DNA of 64,000 bases, taken from assembly GCA_965203555.1 (NCBI GenBank), contig CBDBCY010000004.1:1057554-1121553 (forward strand), in the 5' to 3' direction. Positions 1 through 7,703 of this stretch are shown one piece after another (the stretch's first letter is position 1; the number at the start of each line of letters is the position of its first letter). The DNA is from Acidimicrobiia bacterium (GTDB taxonomy: Bacteria; Actinomycetota; Acidimicrobiia; Spongiisociales; ZC4RG35). The position numbers and the translations under genes are program-made. The notes beneath the pieces are model-generated. The model was not told where the DNA came from. It made no database searches and saw only the letters and a program-made list of their open reading frames with translations.

Positions 1-1
1 G

Positions 2-376
2 GCCTACGGCGCCTGGGAAACCGCTCGAGCCGACATCGTCGAGAAGTGGAACTTCCTGGCCGACAAGGCCAACCTGGAACCCCGAGTGCCCCCCGCCCTC
101 CGCAGGGCCGCCGACGTGGTCCGCTCCCATCCCCCCGCCGCGATGAACCAGGACGAAATCGACCGGGCCGTCGACACCCTGCAGGCGCCCTACCCCGAAC
201 GGACCATCCGCCTCTTCCGGAACGCGCTGCGCACCTCGGACAATCCCTCCGAGCAGGCGACTCGCATCCTGGACACCATCCGCTCTCTCGGCCTCCAGCC
301 CTACACGCCGCCCCAACCCCTTCCCGAGATCACCCACGACGACGTGTACCCGGTCTGCTGGCTGGCCCTCACCTAG
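2..376 (+). CDS. Hypothetical protein, 5'-truncated by window start
   Basis: Open frame enters from window edge and stops at 376 (…AYGAWETARADIVEKWNFLADKANLEPRV…ITHDDVYPVCWLALT*). GC3-rich codon usage like neighbouring genes. No recognisable family. Confidence 0.4.
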   Translation, partial: AYGAWETARADIVEKWNFLADKANLEPRVPPALRRAADVVRSHPPAAMNQDEIDRAVDTLQAPYPERTIRLFRNALRTSDNPSEQATRILDTIRSLGLQPYTPPQPLPEITHDDVYPVCWLALT

Positions 377-689
377 CCGAGTCCCTCAACGCTCAAACAA
401 CCATCTGTAGTTGCGATAGCCAGGTTCCGAGTGGAAGGCTACGGCCTCGAATCGGTCCCCGGCTGGCCCAAGGAACCGCCGTCATGTGGTTCAGCCAGAA
501 ACGCTTCCACGTCCGCCCTGCGGTCGGAGTCCACAAGACTCAGCAGGTGTCGACGGTCTTCGGGGGGACGGAAAGAGATCTGCTGAACCGTTGCGTCACG
601 CCGCCGCTCAAGACTATCAGGGGCCGACACGATAGGTTCTGTGAAGATACTGATAGACGAGGACCTGAATATACGCCTTCGGCGCCTGT

Positions 690-1015
690 TCAAATACGAT
701 GAGCTCGGTCCCGATGCGGTTGAGCAGACAGATGGGGGGTGACGTCAAATCCGGAATCAGCCAGTTCGGCGGCCGGCTCCATGGTTGCCTCTATCCCCTT
801 GTTGGGCGAAGCCGTGACCGTGATCACCGACCCCTCGGGCAGGTACCGCGCCTGGGCCACCGCGTTCTTCAGGGGGATGATCTCGAACCGGACCCTGCGG
901 AGGACCGCGGCGATCGCCGAACGGAGGGACCCGTTCAGACCATCCAGCCGCTCGCCGTAATCGGAGGAGGCCATTATGCCTCGAAGTCCGGGGAGGTCTG
1001 TTTCTTCCGGGTTTC
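690..1015 (-). pseudogene. Truncated duplicate of the mtgB-3'end/metF-5'end junction (remnant copy)
   Basis: 690..974(-) encodes MASSDYGERLDGLNGSLRSAIAAVLRRVRFEIIPLKNAVAQARYLPEGSVITVTASPNKG…, ~95% identical at nt level to the N-terminus of MetF at 2135-2388. 975..1015 matches the last codons of the MttB-family gene (…KKQTSPDFEA vs …KKQTYPDFEA at 2389-2430). Confidence 0.6.
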
Positions 1016-1070
1016 GGGCTTGGCCGTGGCAGAGCGGCTATGATGCGACAGGAGAGAGAAGGCGCCATCG

Positions 1071-1409
1071 ATGCTGATGAGAATCGAACCCAGCGAGAAC
1101 GTTCCCTTGCTAGTTGACGAAGGAACTGGAACGATCCGGATACCGGGAACCCGTTTGAGGCTGGAAAACGTAATGGACATGCACCACAGGGGCTTTTCTG
1201 CTGAGGAAATGGCCTGGGAGCTCAGCACGCTCACGGTCGACGCCGCCCAGCGGATCATGGAGTGGTATCCCACGCGGAAACGGGAAGTGGACGACTACGT
1301 CGACTACACAGTAGAAGGAGCCGAGAGTGTCCGCTCTCGGCTGGAGCCCTTATACCAGCGTCGCACGCAAGAACTGTTGGAGAATGAAGGCGTAGCAGCC
1401 CCTCATTAA
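1071..1409 (+). CDS. DUF433 domain protein (antitoxin-like small HTH protein)
   Basis: …IRIPGTRLRLENVMDMHHRGFSAEEMAWELSTLTVDAAQRIMEWY… fits the DUF433 consensus (GTRIPV…G.S.EEI…YP.LT.E.I..AL.Y). Local GC (~57%) is lower than flanks (~68%). Confidence 0.6.
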   Translation: MLMRIEPSENVPLLVDEGTGTIRIPGTRLRLENVMDMHHRGFSAEEMAWELSTLTVDAAQRIMEWYPTRKREVDDYVDYTVEGAESVRSRLEPLYQRRTQELLENEGVAAPH

Positions 1410-1510
1410 GGCGGCGCCTGGTTGTACCATGATGTGGCGTGTGGGGAAGGGGAAAAGCGAACGTTTCACCCCCCTCAAGTCAACAAATCTGCCTGGAAAC
1501 CCCAGCTGAC

Positions 1511-2388
1511 CTAACCCTCGCCCAGGGCATCCAGGTATTCCCGGCGCCAAGCTTCGGTGGCCTCGCAGCGGTTGAAGGTGTAGACGTGCAAACCGTCGAT
1601 GGCCAGCAGGGGGTCGGTGAGGCTTTCTCCGAGGTCTTCCAGCAATTCCCCGGGATCGTATCCCCCGGGTCCCAGGAGCTTGGTCACCACCTTGGCGTTC
1701 TTGGAGAGAAACCTCATCGAATCACCCACCCCGATCCGGGCCGAGATCTGCAATAGCTTCATCCGGCCTCCCACCCCGGGCACGCCCAGCAGCGCGGGCA
1801 GCCGGATCCGGCGCTGTCGGGCGTCGGAAAGAAAAGAACGAATGGCTTCGGCGTCAAAGCACATCTGGGTGGCCAGATGGTCTGCATAGGGCTGTTTGTC
1901 AGACAGGGCCTGATCGAGCTTGGAGTCGGAAATCACCGGATGACCCTCCGGATAGGCGGGGATTCCCACCTCTTCGAAGGGGTGGCCGATTTCATCCATG
2001 GCCCGGAGCAGGGACAGGCCGTCGAAGAATTCACCCGGATGGAGATGGTCCCCACCCACCACGAATGCCCGGCGGATACCCAACCGCGCAGCCCGGTCCA
2101 GGGTTTCGGCCAGGTGAGCCCGGTCACGGTGCAGCCGAGCAGACAGATGGGGGGTGACGTCGAATCCGGAATCAGCCAGTTCGGCGGCCAGCTCCATGGT
2201 TGCCTCCATCCCCTTGTTGGGCGAAGCCGTGACGGTGATCACCGATCCCTCGGGCAGGTACCGGGCCTGGGCCACCGCGTTCTTCAGGGGGATGATCTCG
2301 AACCGGACCCGGCGGAGGACCGCGGCGATCGCCGAACGGAGGGACCCGTTCAGACCATCCAGCCGCTCGGCGTAATCGGAGGAGGCCA
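1511..2388 (-). CDS. metF: 5,10-methylenetetrahydrofolate reductase MetF
   Basis: C-terminal 292 aa of the track ORF 1511..3424 (MASSDYAERLDGL…FVVGGDHLHPGEFFDGLSLL…TFNRCEATEAWRREYLDALGEG) is MTHFR-like. Its ATG (2386-2388) directly abuts the upstream gene's stop (TAATG coupling). The upstream 345 aa of the track ORF is antisense read-through. Confidence 0.85.
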
Positions 2389-3855
2389 TTATGCCTCGAA
2401 GTCCGGGTAGGTCTGTTTCTTCCGGGCGACGTATTCCTGCAGAGCCTCGTCGACCGCCTCGTCGATCGGCGGCGGTTGATACTCGGCCAGTGACTTCTTC
2501 CACAGGGAGTTGGCCCGCTCCACCGACCGCAGCGACCCTTCCTCCGACCATTGCTCGTAGCTGTTGTTGTCGGCGGTGAACGACCGGTAGAAAGCCGTTT
2601 CGAAATTGGCCAGCGTGTGGGCTGTTCCCAGGTGATGTTGGCCCGGTCCGGTCTCGATCACCGCCTCCAGGGCCTGTCCGTTCTCGGAGAGATCCACCCC
2701 CGACAGCAGCGCCTCGGCCATGCCGCACTGGTCGGAGTCGAGGACGAACTTCTCGTACCCCATCGTCAACCCACCTTCCAGCCATCCCGCCGAATGCAGG
2801 ACGAAGTTGATTCCGGCCAACAGGGTGGGCTGAAAAGTGGCGGCCGACTCGTAGGCGGCCTGGGCGTCGGGAACCTTGGAAGCGGTCAGATTCCCGCCGG
2901 ACCGGAAGGGAATCCCCAACCTCCGACCCAACTGGGCCAGCACGAACAGCGTCAGCGAAGGCTCGGGAGTTCCGAAGGTGGGAGCTCCCGATTGCATGGA
3001 AAGCGAGGAGGCGAACGATCCGAAAATCACCGGCGCTCCCGGCCTGACCAACTGGGTGTAGGACAGGGCCACCAGCGCCTCCGCCAGGGTCTGGGCCGCC
3101 ACTCCCGCCACCGTGACCGGCGCCATCGCCCCGGCCAGGATGAAGGGGGTGATTATTGCCGCCTGGTTCCGCCTGGCGTATTCGCGGGCCGAACCCAGCA
3201 TGGCCTTGTCCCAGGTGAGAGGGGAGTTGGCATTGCACAGCCCCATGATCACCGTGTTCTCTTCCAGGAAGTCCTCCCCGAACACCAGGGCGGCCATCTC
3301 CACCGAATCGGCTGCCCGGTGGGGAGCGGTGACCGAGCCCATCAACGGCTTGTCGGACCACCGAAAGTGGGAGTAGACCATGTCCAGGTGACGTTTGGGG
3401 ATGGGCACGTCCACCGGCTCGCACAATGTCCCCCCGGAGTGATGCAGATAAGGAGTCATGTAGACCAGCTTCACGAAATTCCGGAAGTCCTCGATGGTGG
3501 CATAACGACGCCCTCCGTCGAGATCCCTCACGAAGGGAGAGCCGTAAGCGGGCGCCAGCACCATGTGGTCACCGCCGATCACCACCGACTTCTCGGGGTT
3601 GCGAGCCACCTGGGTGAACATGGACGGGGCGTTGTCGGTCACTATTCGGCGGCACATTCCCCGGGGGAAACGCACCCGCTGTCCCTCGACGTCGGCCCCG
3701 GCCTCACGGAAGGTCCGGACGGCCGGCTCATCGGTTATGTCCACGCCCACCCGCTCCAGAATGGTCTCGGCGTTGTGCTCGATTATCTCCAATCCTTCGG
3801 TGCTGAGCACCTCGTAGGGAGCGAGTTTGCTGGTGAGGAAGGGGGATCTGTTCAT
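2389..3855 (-). CDS. MttB-superfamily (non-pyrrolysine) quaternary-amine:corrinoid methyltransferase (glycine-betaine MtgB-like)
   Basis: …MNRSPFLTSKLAPYEVLSTEGLEIIEHNAETILERVGVDI…ITPFILAGAMAPVTVAGVAAQ…SGAPTFGTPEP…GINFVLHSAGWLEGGLTMGYEKFVLDSDQCGM… is the trimethylamine-methyltransferase (MttB) fold without an in-frame amber codon. Start chosen at ATG 3853-3855 (MNRSPF); an alternative ATG at 3921 (MSRRRR) is possible. Confidence 0.85.
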   Translation of the reverse strand: MNRSPFLTSKLAPYEVLSTEGLEIIEHNAETILERVGVDITDEPAVRTFREAGADVEGQRVRFPRGMCRRIVTDNAPSMFTQVARNPEKSVVIGGDHMVLAPAYGSPFVRDLDGGRRYATIEDFRNFVKLVYMTPYLHHSGGTLCEPVDVPIPKRHLDMVYSHFRWSDKPLMGSVTAPHRAADSVEMAALVFGEDFLEENTVIMGLCNANSPLTWDKAMLGSAREYARRNQAAIITPFILAGAMAPVTVAGVAAQTLAEALVALSYTQLVRPGAPVIFGSFASSLSMQSGAPTFGTPEPSLTLFVLAQLGRRLGIPFRSGGNLTASKVPDAQAAYESAATFQPTLLAGINFVLHSAGWLEGGLTMGYEKFVLDSDQCGMAEALLSGVDLSENGQALEAVIETGPGQHHLGTAHTLANFETAFYRSFTADNNSYEQWSEEGSLRSVERANSLWKKSLAEYQPPPIDEAVDEALQEYVARKKQTYPDFEA

Positions 3856-3913
3856 CTCCTGGGCGGCCGCACGGGCAGCCGCCCGGGCCCGCCGCCCTCC
3901 TGATCTTCTTCTC

Positions 3914-5911
3914 CTACTCATCACGGCCTCTCTTTGCTCTGCGGGAAGTCCGACGCCGGGTTCGGCGGGAAGACCTCCGTTTTGGATCGTCCCGGCCCTT
4001 GCTCGCACCGGGAAAGGACATGGACGCCACGAAGTGCTCCTGGAAACGGGACTCTATGGCAGTCTCGATTTTCTCAACTCTATTGATGACCTGTTCAATC
4101 TCGCGTCGACATTCTCCGCTCAACAGACACATCAACGCCCCCGTCCCCGCCGCATTGCCCGCCGAAGACGCCCGGTCGGCTTCGATCCGGGGAATAAGTC
4201 CCAGGGCCATGGAGTGGGAAGTGCTCAGATGGGACCCGAAGGCGCCGGCCAGACGGATTCGGTCCACACGATCGGACCCCAGATGATCCATCAACAACCT
4301 GGCCCCGGCCAGCAGCGCCGCCTTGGCCAGTTGCACCGCCCGAACATCATTTTGCGTAATTCGCACGACCGTTCCCTTGTCCCACAGGATATAGGAGTAG
4401 GTACGCCCGTCCTCTACCACCCGTGAGGAACGTTCACCGGCGGCGCCGTCGATTCTCCCGTTCGCCATTATCACCCCCGCCGCCGCCAATTCGGAGAGGA
4501 CCTCGATGATTCCCGATCCGCAGATGCCGGTAACGCCGATCTTTCCTTCCAACTCCGAGAACCCCGGCTCGTCGGACCAGGGGTCCATCCCGATCACCTT
4601 GATCCGGGGCTCCAGGGTGTGGGGATCGATGCGCACCCGTTCTATGGCTCCCGGCGCCGCTCTCTGTCCCGAAGAAATCTGTGCACCCTCCAATGCCGGA
4701 CCGGTGGGACTGGAGGCGGCCAGCAGCCGATCCTCGTTTCCCAGCACTATCTCGGCGTTGGTGCCGATGTCGCACAACAACATGATCTCTTCGGCGCCAT
4801 AGGGGCGTTCCGACAGGATCATCCCGGCCGCATCGGCGCCCACATGCCCGGCTATGCAGGGAAGAAGATAGATTCGGGTCGCCTCGTTCAAATCGATTCC
4901 CACTCTCGAAGCTGCAATCTCGACCGGGCCATCGGTGGCCAGGGTGAAGGGAGCCTGTCCCAGCGGACGCACGTCCAACCCCAGGAACAGGTGGTGCATG
5001 ATGGGATTGCCCACCACCACCATCTCCAGCACCGACTCCCGCTCAGCCCCGGCCTGCTCCAACAGGTCCGAACACAACTCCGAAACCGCCGAACGCACCA
5101 GGGAGGTCAGCTTCTGCGCTCCATCCTGGTTCAGAGCCACATATGAGACCCTGCTCATCAGGTCTTCCCCCAACCTGACCTGGGGATTCATCAAGCCATG
5201 GGAAGCCAGAACCTCTCCGGTGGTCAGATCGGCCAGGTGACCGGCGATGGTGGTCGAGCCCACATCCACCGCCACCCCCAGCACGTGCTCCTTGAATCCG
5301 GGCCATACCGACACCACTTCTTTTCGGTCCCGCACCGCGGCCGTCACTTTTCCGTCGCCGACCCGGAGTGCTTCCTGCAGCATTCCCAGAACTTCGGCCC
5401 CCACCGCCACGCCGGAAAGGACCCACTGCTCTTCCAGGGCCGCCAGCAGCCGCTGGGCGTCGCCCGGCGCATGTTCCAGGGTCGGGGCCTCCGTCACCAC
5501 GTAGTGGAGGGTGGTCACCGGGTCCAGCCGGAGCTTTCCCACGTCGACTTCCTTTCTGACCACCTGCCGATGAGTCTGGCTTTCGGGCGGCACATCCACC
5601 AGGACATCTTCCAGCACCCCCGCCATGCACCCCAGCCTGCGGTCGTCGGCCAACCCCCGCCGCTTGCGATAGGAAGACTCCGTTTCAGACCACTCCGTCA
5701 ACGCCTCCGGCCCCACCGAGATTCCGTGCTTGGCGAACTCTCCGAACACCGGCGTCATCTGGCAACGTCCGCAGATGCCTCTGCCGCCGCACAGGGAAGC
5801 AAGGTCGGCGCCCACCATTCGGGCCGCCTCCAGCACCGTCGTCCCCCGGGGAACCCGACCCCTCCTCCCCGAAGGTGTGAAGATTATCCGAGGATCAGCC
5901 GGCTCGGCCAT
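3914..5911 (-). CDS. Corrinoid reductive activase (RamA-like): N-terminal 2Fe-2S ferredoxin plus ASKHA/DUF4445 ATPase domain
   Basis: N-terminus PRIIFTPSGRRGRVPRGTTVLEAA…CGGRGICGRCQ is a plant-type 2Fe-2S ferredoxin. The remainder (…VAVDVGSTTIAGHLADL…LLCDIGTNAEIVLGN…ICGSGIIEV…) is an ASKHA-fold RACo C-terminal-like domain. Start taken at MAEPADP (5909-5911); the track start at 6022 would overlap the upstream gene by 127 nt. Confidence 0.8.
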   Translation of the reverse strand: MAEPADPRIIFTPSGRRGRVPRGTTVLEAARMVGADLASLCGGRGICGRCQMTPVFGEFAKHGISVGPEALTEWSETESSYRKRRGLADDRRLGCMAGVLEDVLVDVPPESQTHRQVVRKEVDVGKLRLDPVTTLHYVVTEAPTLEHAPGDAQRLLAALEEQWVLSGVAVGAEVLGMLQEALRVGDGKVTAAVRDRKEVVSVWPGFKEHVLGVAVDVGSTTIAGHLADLTTGEVLASHGLMNPQVRLGEDLMSRVSYVALNQDGAQKLTSLVRSAVSELCSDLLEQAGAERESVLEMVVVGNPIMHHLFLGLDVRPLGQAPFTLATDGPVEIAASRVGIDLNEATRIYLLPCIAGHVGADAAGMILSERPYGAEEIMLLCDIGTNAEIVLGNEDRLLAASSPTGPALEGAQISSGQRAAPGAIERVRIDPHTLEPRIKVIGMDPWSDEPGFSELEGKIGVTGICGSGIIEVLSELAAAGVIMANGRIDGAAGERSSRVVEDGRTYSYILWDKGTVVRITQNDVRAVQLAKAALLAGARLLMDHLGSDRVDRIRLAGAFGSHLSTSHSMALGLIPRIEADRASSAGNAAGTGALMCLLSGECRREIEQVINRVEKIETAIESRFQEHFVASMSFPGASKGRDDPKRRSSRRTRRRTSRRAKRGRDE

Positions 5912-6821
5912 CGGCGCCTCGTCCGGTACGCCGCCGACGACCACCTCCCCGCCGGACCCCCCTGCTGCCCGGAGGAGGGGAGGCGCGGTGAGCCCTGATC
6001 CAGCGAGAGCACTCCGGATCATTGGCCATCATCACATCCGCCGCCATCACCGCCGAGCGGACTTCCTGGTGAAGCGGATTGGTTATCGCCGAGGTCAGAC
6101 CGGCGCTGATCGCCATGGTGAGAAAAGCCGAGTTGATGCCCTGCCGGTTGGGAAGGCCGAAGCTGACGTTGGAGGCCCCGCAGGTGGAGTTGACGCCCAA
6201 CTCGTCTCTCAATCGACCCAGGATGCGAAAAACCTGCCGGCCGGCTTGCGCCAATGCACCGATCGGCATCACCAGCGGATCGACCACCACATCGGAAGCC
6301 GGGATGCCGTAGTCGGAGGCGCGGGAAACAATTCTGCGGGCCACCTCGAACCGGACGTCCGGGTCCTCGGAGATGCCCGTTTCGTCGTTGGAAATGGCCA
6401 CCACCGCCGCTCCGTGCTTTGCTACCAGGGGCAACACTCTCTCCATCACTTCATCCTCGCCCGTCACCGAATTGACCAGAGCCTTCCCCTGATACACCCC
6501 CAGCCCGGACTCCAATGCCTCGACGATGGAGGAATCGATAGAGATCGGGACATCGGTGAGCGACTGGACCAGCTTGATGGCCTCGGCCAGGATGGCGGGT
6601 TCATCCGCCAGGGGAATCCCGGCGTTGACATCCAGCATGTGTGCGCCTGCGCCCACCTGGGCCAATGCGTCGGCCTCCACCCGGCTGAAGTCGCCGCTCT
6701 TCATCTCCTGCGCCAACAGCTTGCGGCCGGTGGGGTTGATCCGCTCCCCGATGATCGTGAAGGGCCGGTTCGGCCCTATCACCCACTCCCGGGTGGCGGA
6801 GGAGACGACGGTCTCGGTCAT
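5895..6821 (-). CDS. Methyl-H4folate:corrinoid methyltransferase (pterin-binding, MtrH/AcsE/MtgA-like)
   Basis: MTETVVSSATREWVIGPNRPFTIIGERINPTGRK…GAHMLDVNAG…VPISIDSS…ALVNSVTGE…NSTCGASNVSFGLPNRQGINSAFL is a pterin-binding (DHPS-like) domain. A strong GGAGGAGGAG RBS lies 5' of its ATG. The R-rich C-terminal tail may be overlap read-through. Confidence 0.8.
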   Translation of the reverse strand: MTETVVSSATREWVIGPNRPFTIIGERINPTGRKLLAQEMKSGDFSRVEADALAQVGAGAHMLDVNAGIPLADEPAILAEAIKLVQSLTDVPISIDSSIVEALESGLGVYQGKALVNSVTGEDEVMERVLPLVAKHGAAVVAISNDETGISEDPDVRFEVARRIVSRASDYGIPASDVVVDPLVMPIGALAQAGRQVFRILGRLRDELGVNSTCGASNVSFGLPNRQGINSAFLTMAISAGLTSAITNPLHQEVRSAVMAADVMMANDPECSRWIRAHRASPPPGSRGVRRGGGRRRRTGRGADGRAG

Positions 6822-6836
6822 CTCCTCCTCCCGTGG

Positions 6837-7523
6837 CTAGGCATTGGCGCGTTGCTTTTCGACCAGGGTCTTGGCGGTCTCGGCCGCCACGGCTGCATCT
6901 CGGCAGTAGGCGTCCGCCCCCACCGCCTCGCCGAATTCCTCGTTGAGGGGCGCCCCGCCCACCATCACGATGATTTCCTCCCTGATGCCCTCTTCCTTGA
7001 GAGCGTCGATGACCACCTTCATGTACGGCATGGTGGTGGTCAGAAGCGCCGACATGCCCAGAATGTCGGGGCCGTGCTCCTCCAGCGCCTCCAGGAATTC
7101 CTGGGCGTCGGTGTTGATCCCCAGGTCGAACACCTCGAATCCCGCCCCCTCCAGCATCATGCCCACCAGGTTCTTGCCGATGTCGTGAATGTCTCCCTTG
7201 ACGGTGCCGATCACCACCTTGCCGATCGACTCGACACCCGACGCCGAAAGTATGGGCCGCAGTATCTCCATCCCGGCCTTCATGGCCTTGGCGGCCAGTA
7301 GCACTTCGGGGACGAAGAGGATTCCGTCGCGGAAATCTATCCCCACGATCCTCATGCCCTCCACCAGTGCGTCGTTCAGTACTCTTTGGGCGTCCCAGGA
7401 CCGGGCCAGTAGAATTTCGGTTCCCTCGGCTATCTCATCGGCTAAGCCGTCGTAAAGATCGTCATGCATCTGGTAGACGAGCTCCTCGTCATCAAGAGAA
7501 GCAAGGTCAAAATCTTCGGTCAT
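6837..7523 (-). CDS. Corrinoid (B12-binding) methyl-carrier protein (MtgC/MtbC-like)
   Basis: …GTVKGDIHDIGKNLVGMMLEGAGFEVFDLGINT… carries the DxHxxG cobalamin-binding motif and a Rossmann-like B12-binding domain, with an N-terminal helical cap. AGGTGA RBS 5 nt upstream of the ATG at 7523. Confidence 0.85.
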   Translation of the reverse strand: MTEDFDLASLDDEELVYQMHDDLYDGLADEIAEGTEILLARSWDAQRVLNDALVEGMRIVGIDFRDGILFVPEVLLAAKAMKAGMEILRPILSASGVESIGKVVIGTVKGDIHDIGKNLVGMMLEGAGFEVFDLGINTDAQEFLEALEEHGPDILGMSALLTTTMPYMKVVIDALKEEGIREEIIVMVGGAPLNEEFGEAVGADAYCRDAAVAAETAKTLVEKQRANA

Positions 7524-7621
7524 GATTTCACCTGTTGGAATGAGAAGGCTGGGGCTGATGGGGTTAGGGAACCGAACGGCAAAGAACTCTGACGAAAAAC
7601 CTCACCGTTGCGTCCGGTAGA

Positions 7622-7638
7622 GTTTACGCATTGTAAAC
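7622..7638. promoter_or_regulatory. Palindrome GTTTACgcattGTAAAC in the divergent mtgC / DMGDH intergenic region (candidate operator)
   Basis: Perfect 6-bp inverted arms with a 5-nt spacer. Sits in the 180-bp divergent promoter region between 7523(-) and 7704(+). Confidence 0.3.
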
Positions 7639-7703
7639 GATCCGTGCAACCACACCGACCGCCACAAGAACAATAACCCGTCCTCAGCATAGGGAGTAAA
7701 GAT

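Noticed and set aside
46-702. 218-aa plus-strand ORF at the window start (alternate frame of the partial CDS)
   Set aside because: Pro/Arg-rich frame overlapping the better-behaved frame that enters from the window edge (2..376). The 400-700 portion has no recognisable homology.
2551-3903. 450-aa plus-strand ORF antisense to the MttB-family gene, and the N-terminal 345 aa of track ORF 1511..3424
   Set aside because: These are high-GC antisense or read-through frames. The real genes on the minus strand (MttB-family, then MetF) account for the region. MetF starts at the internal MASSDY.
5730-7301. 523-aa plus-strand ORF across the ramA/mtgA/mtgC region
   Set aside because: Antisense to three well-supported minus-strand genes. 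Arg/Gly/His-rich low-complexity translation.
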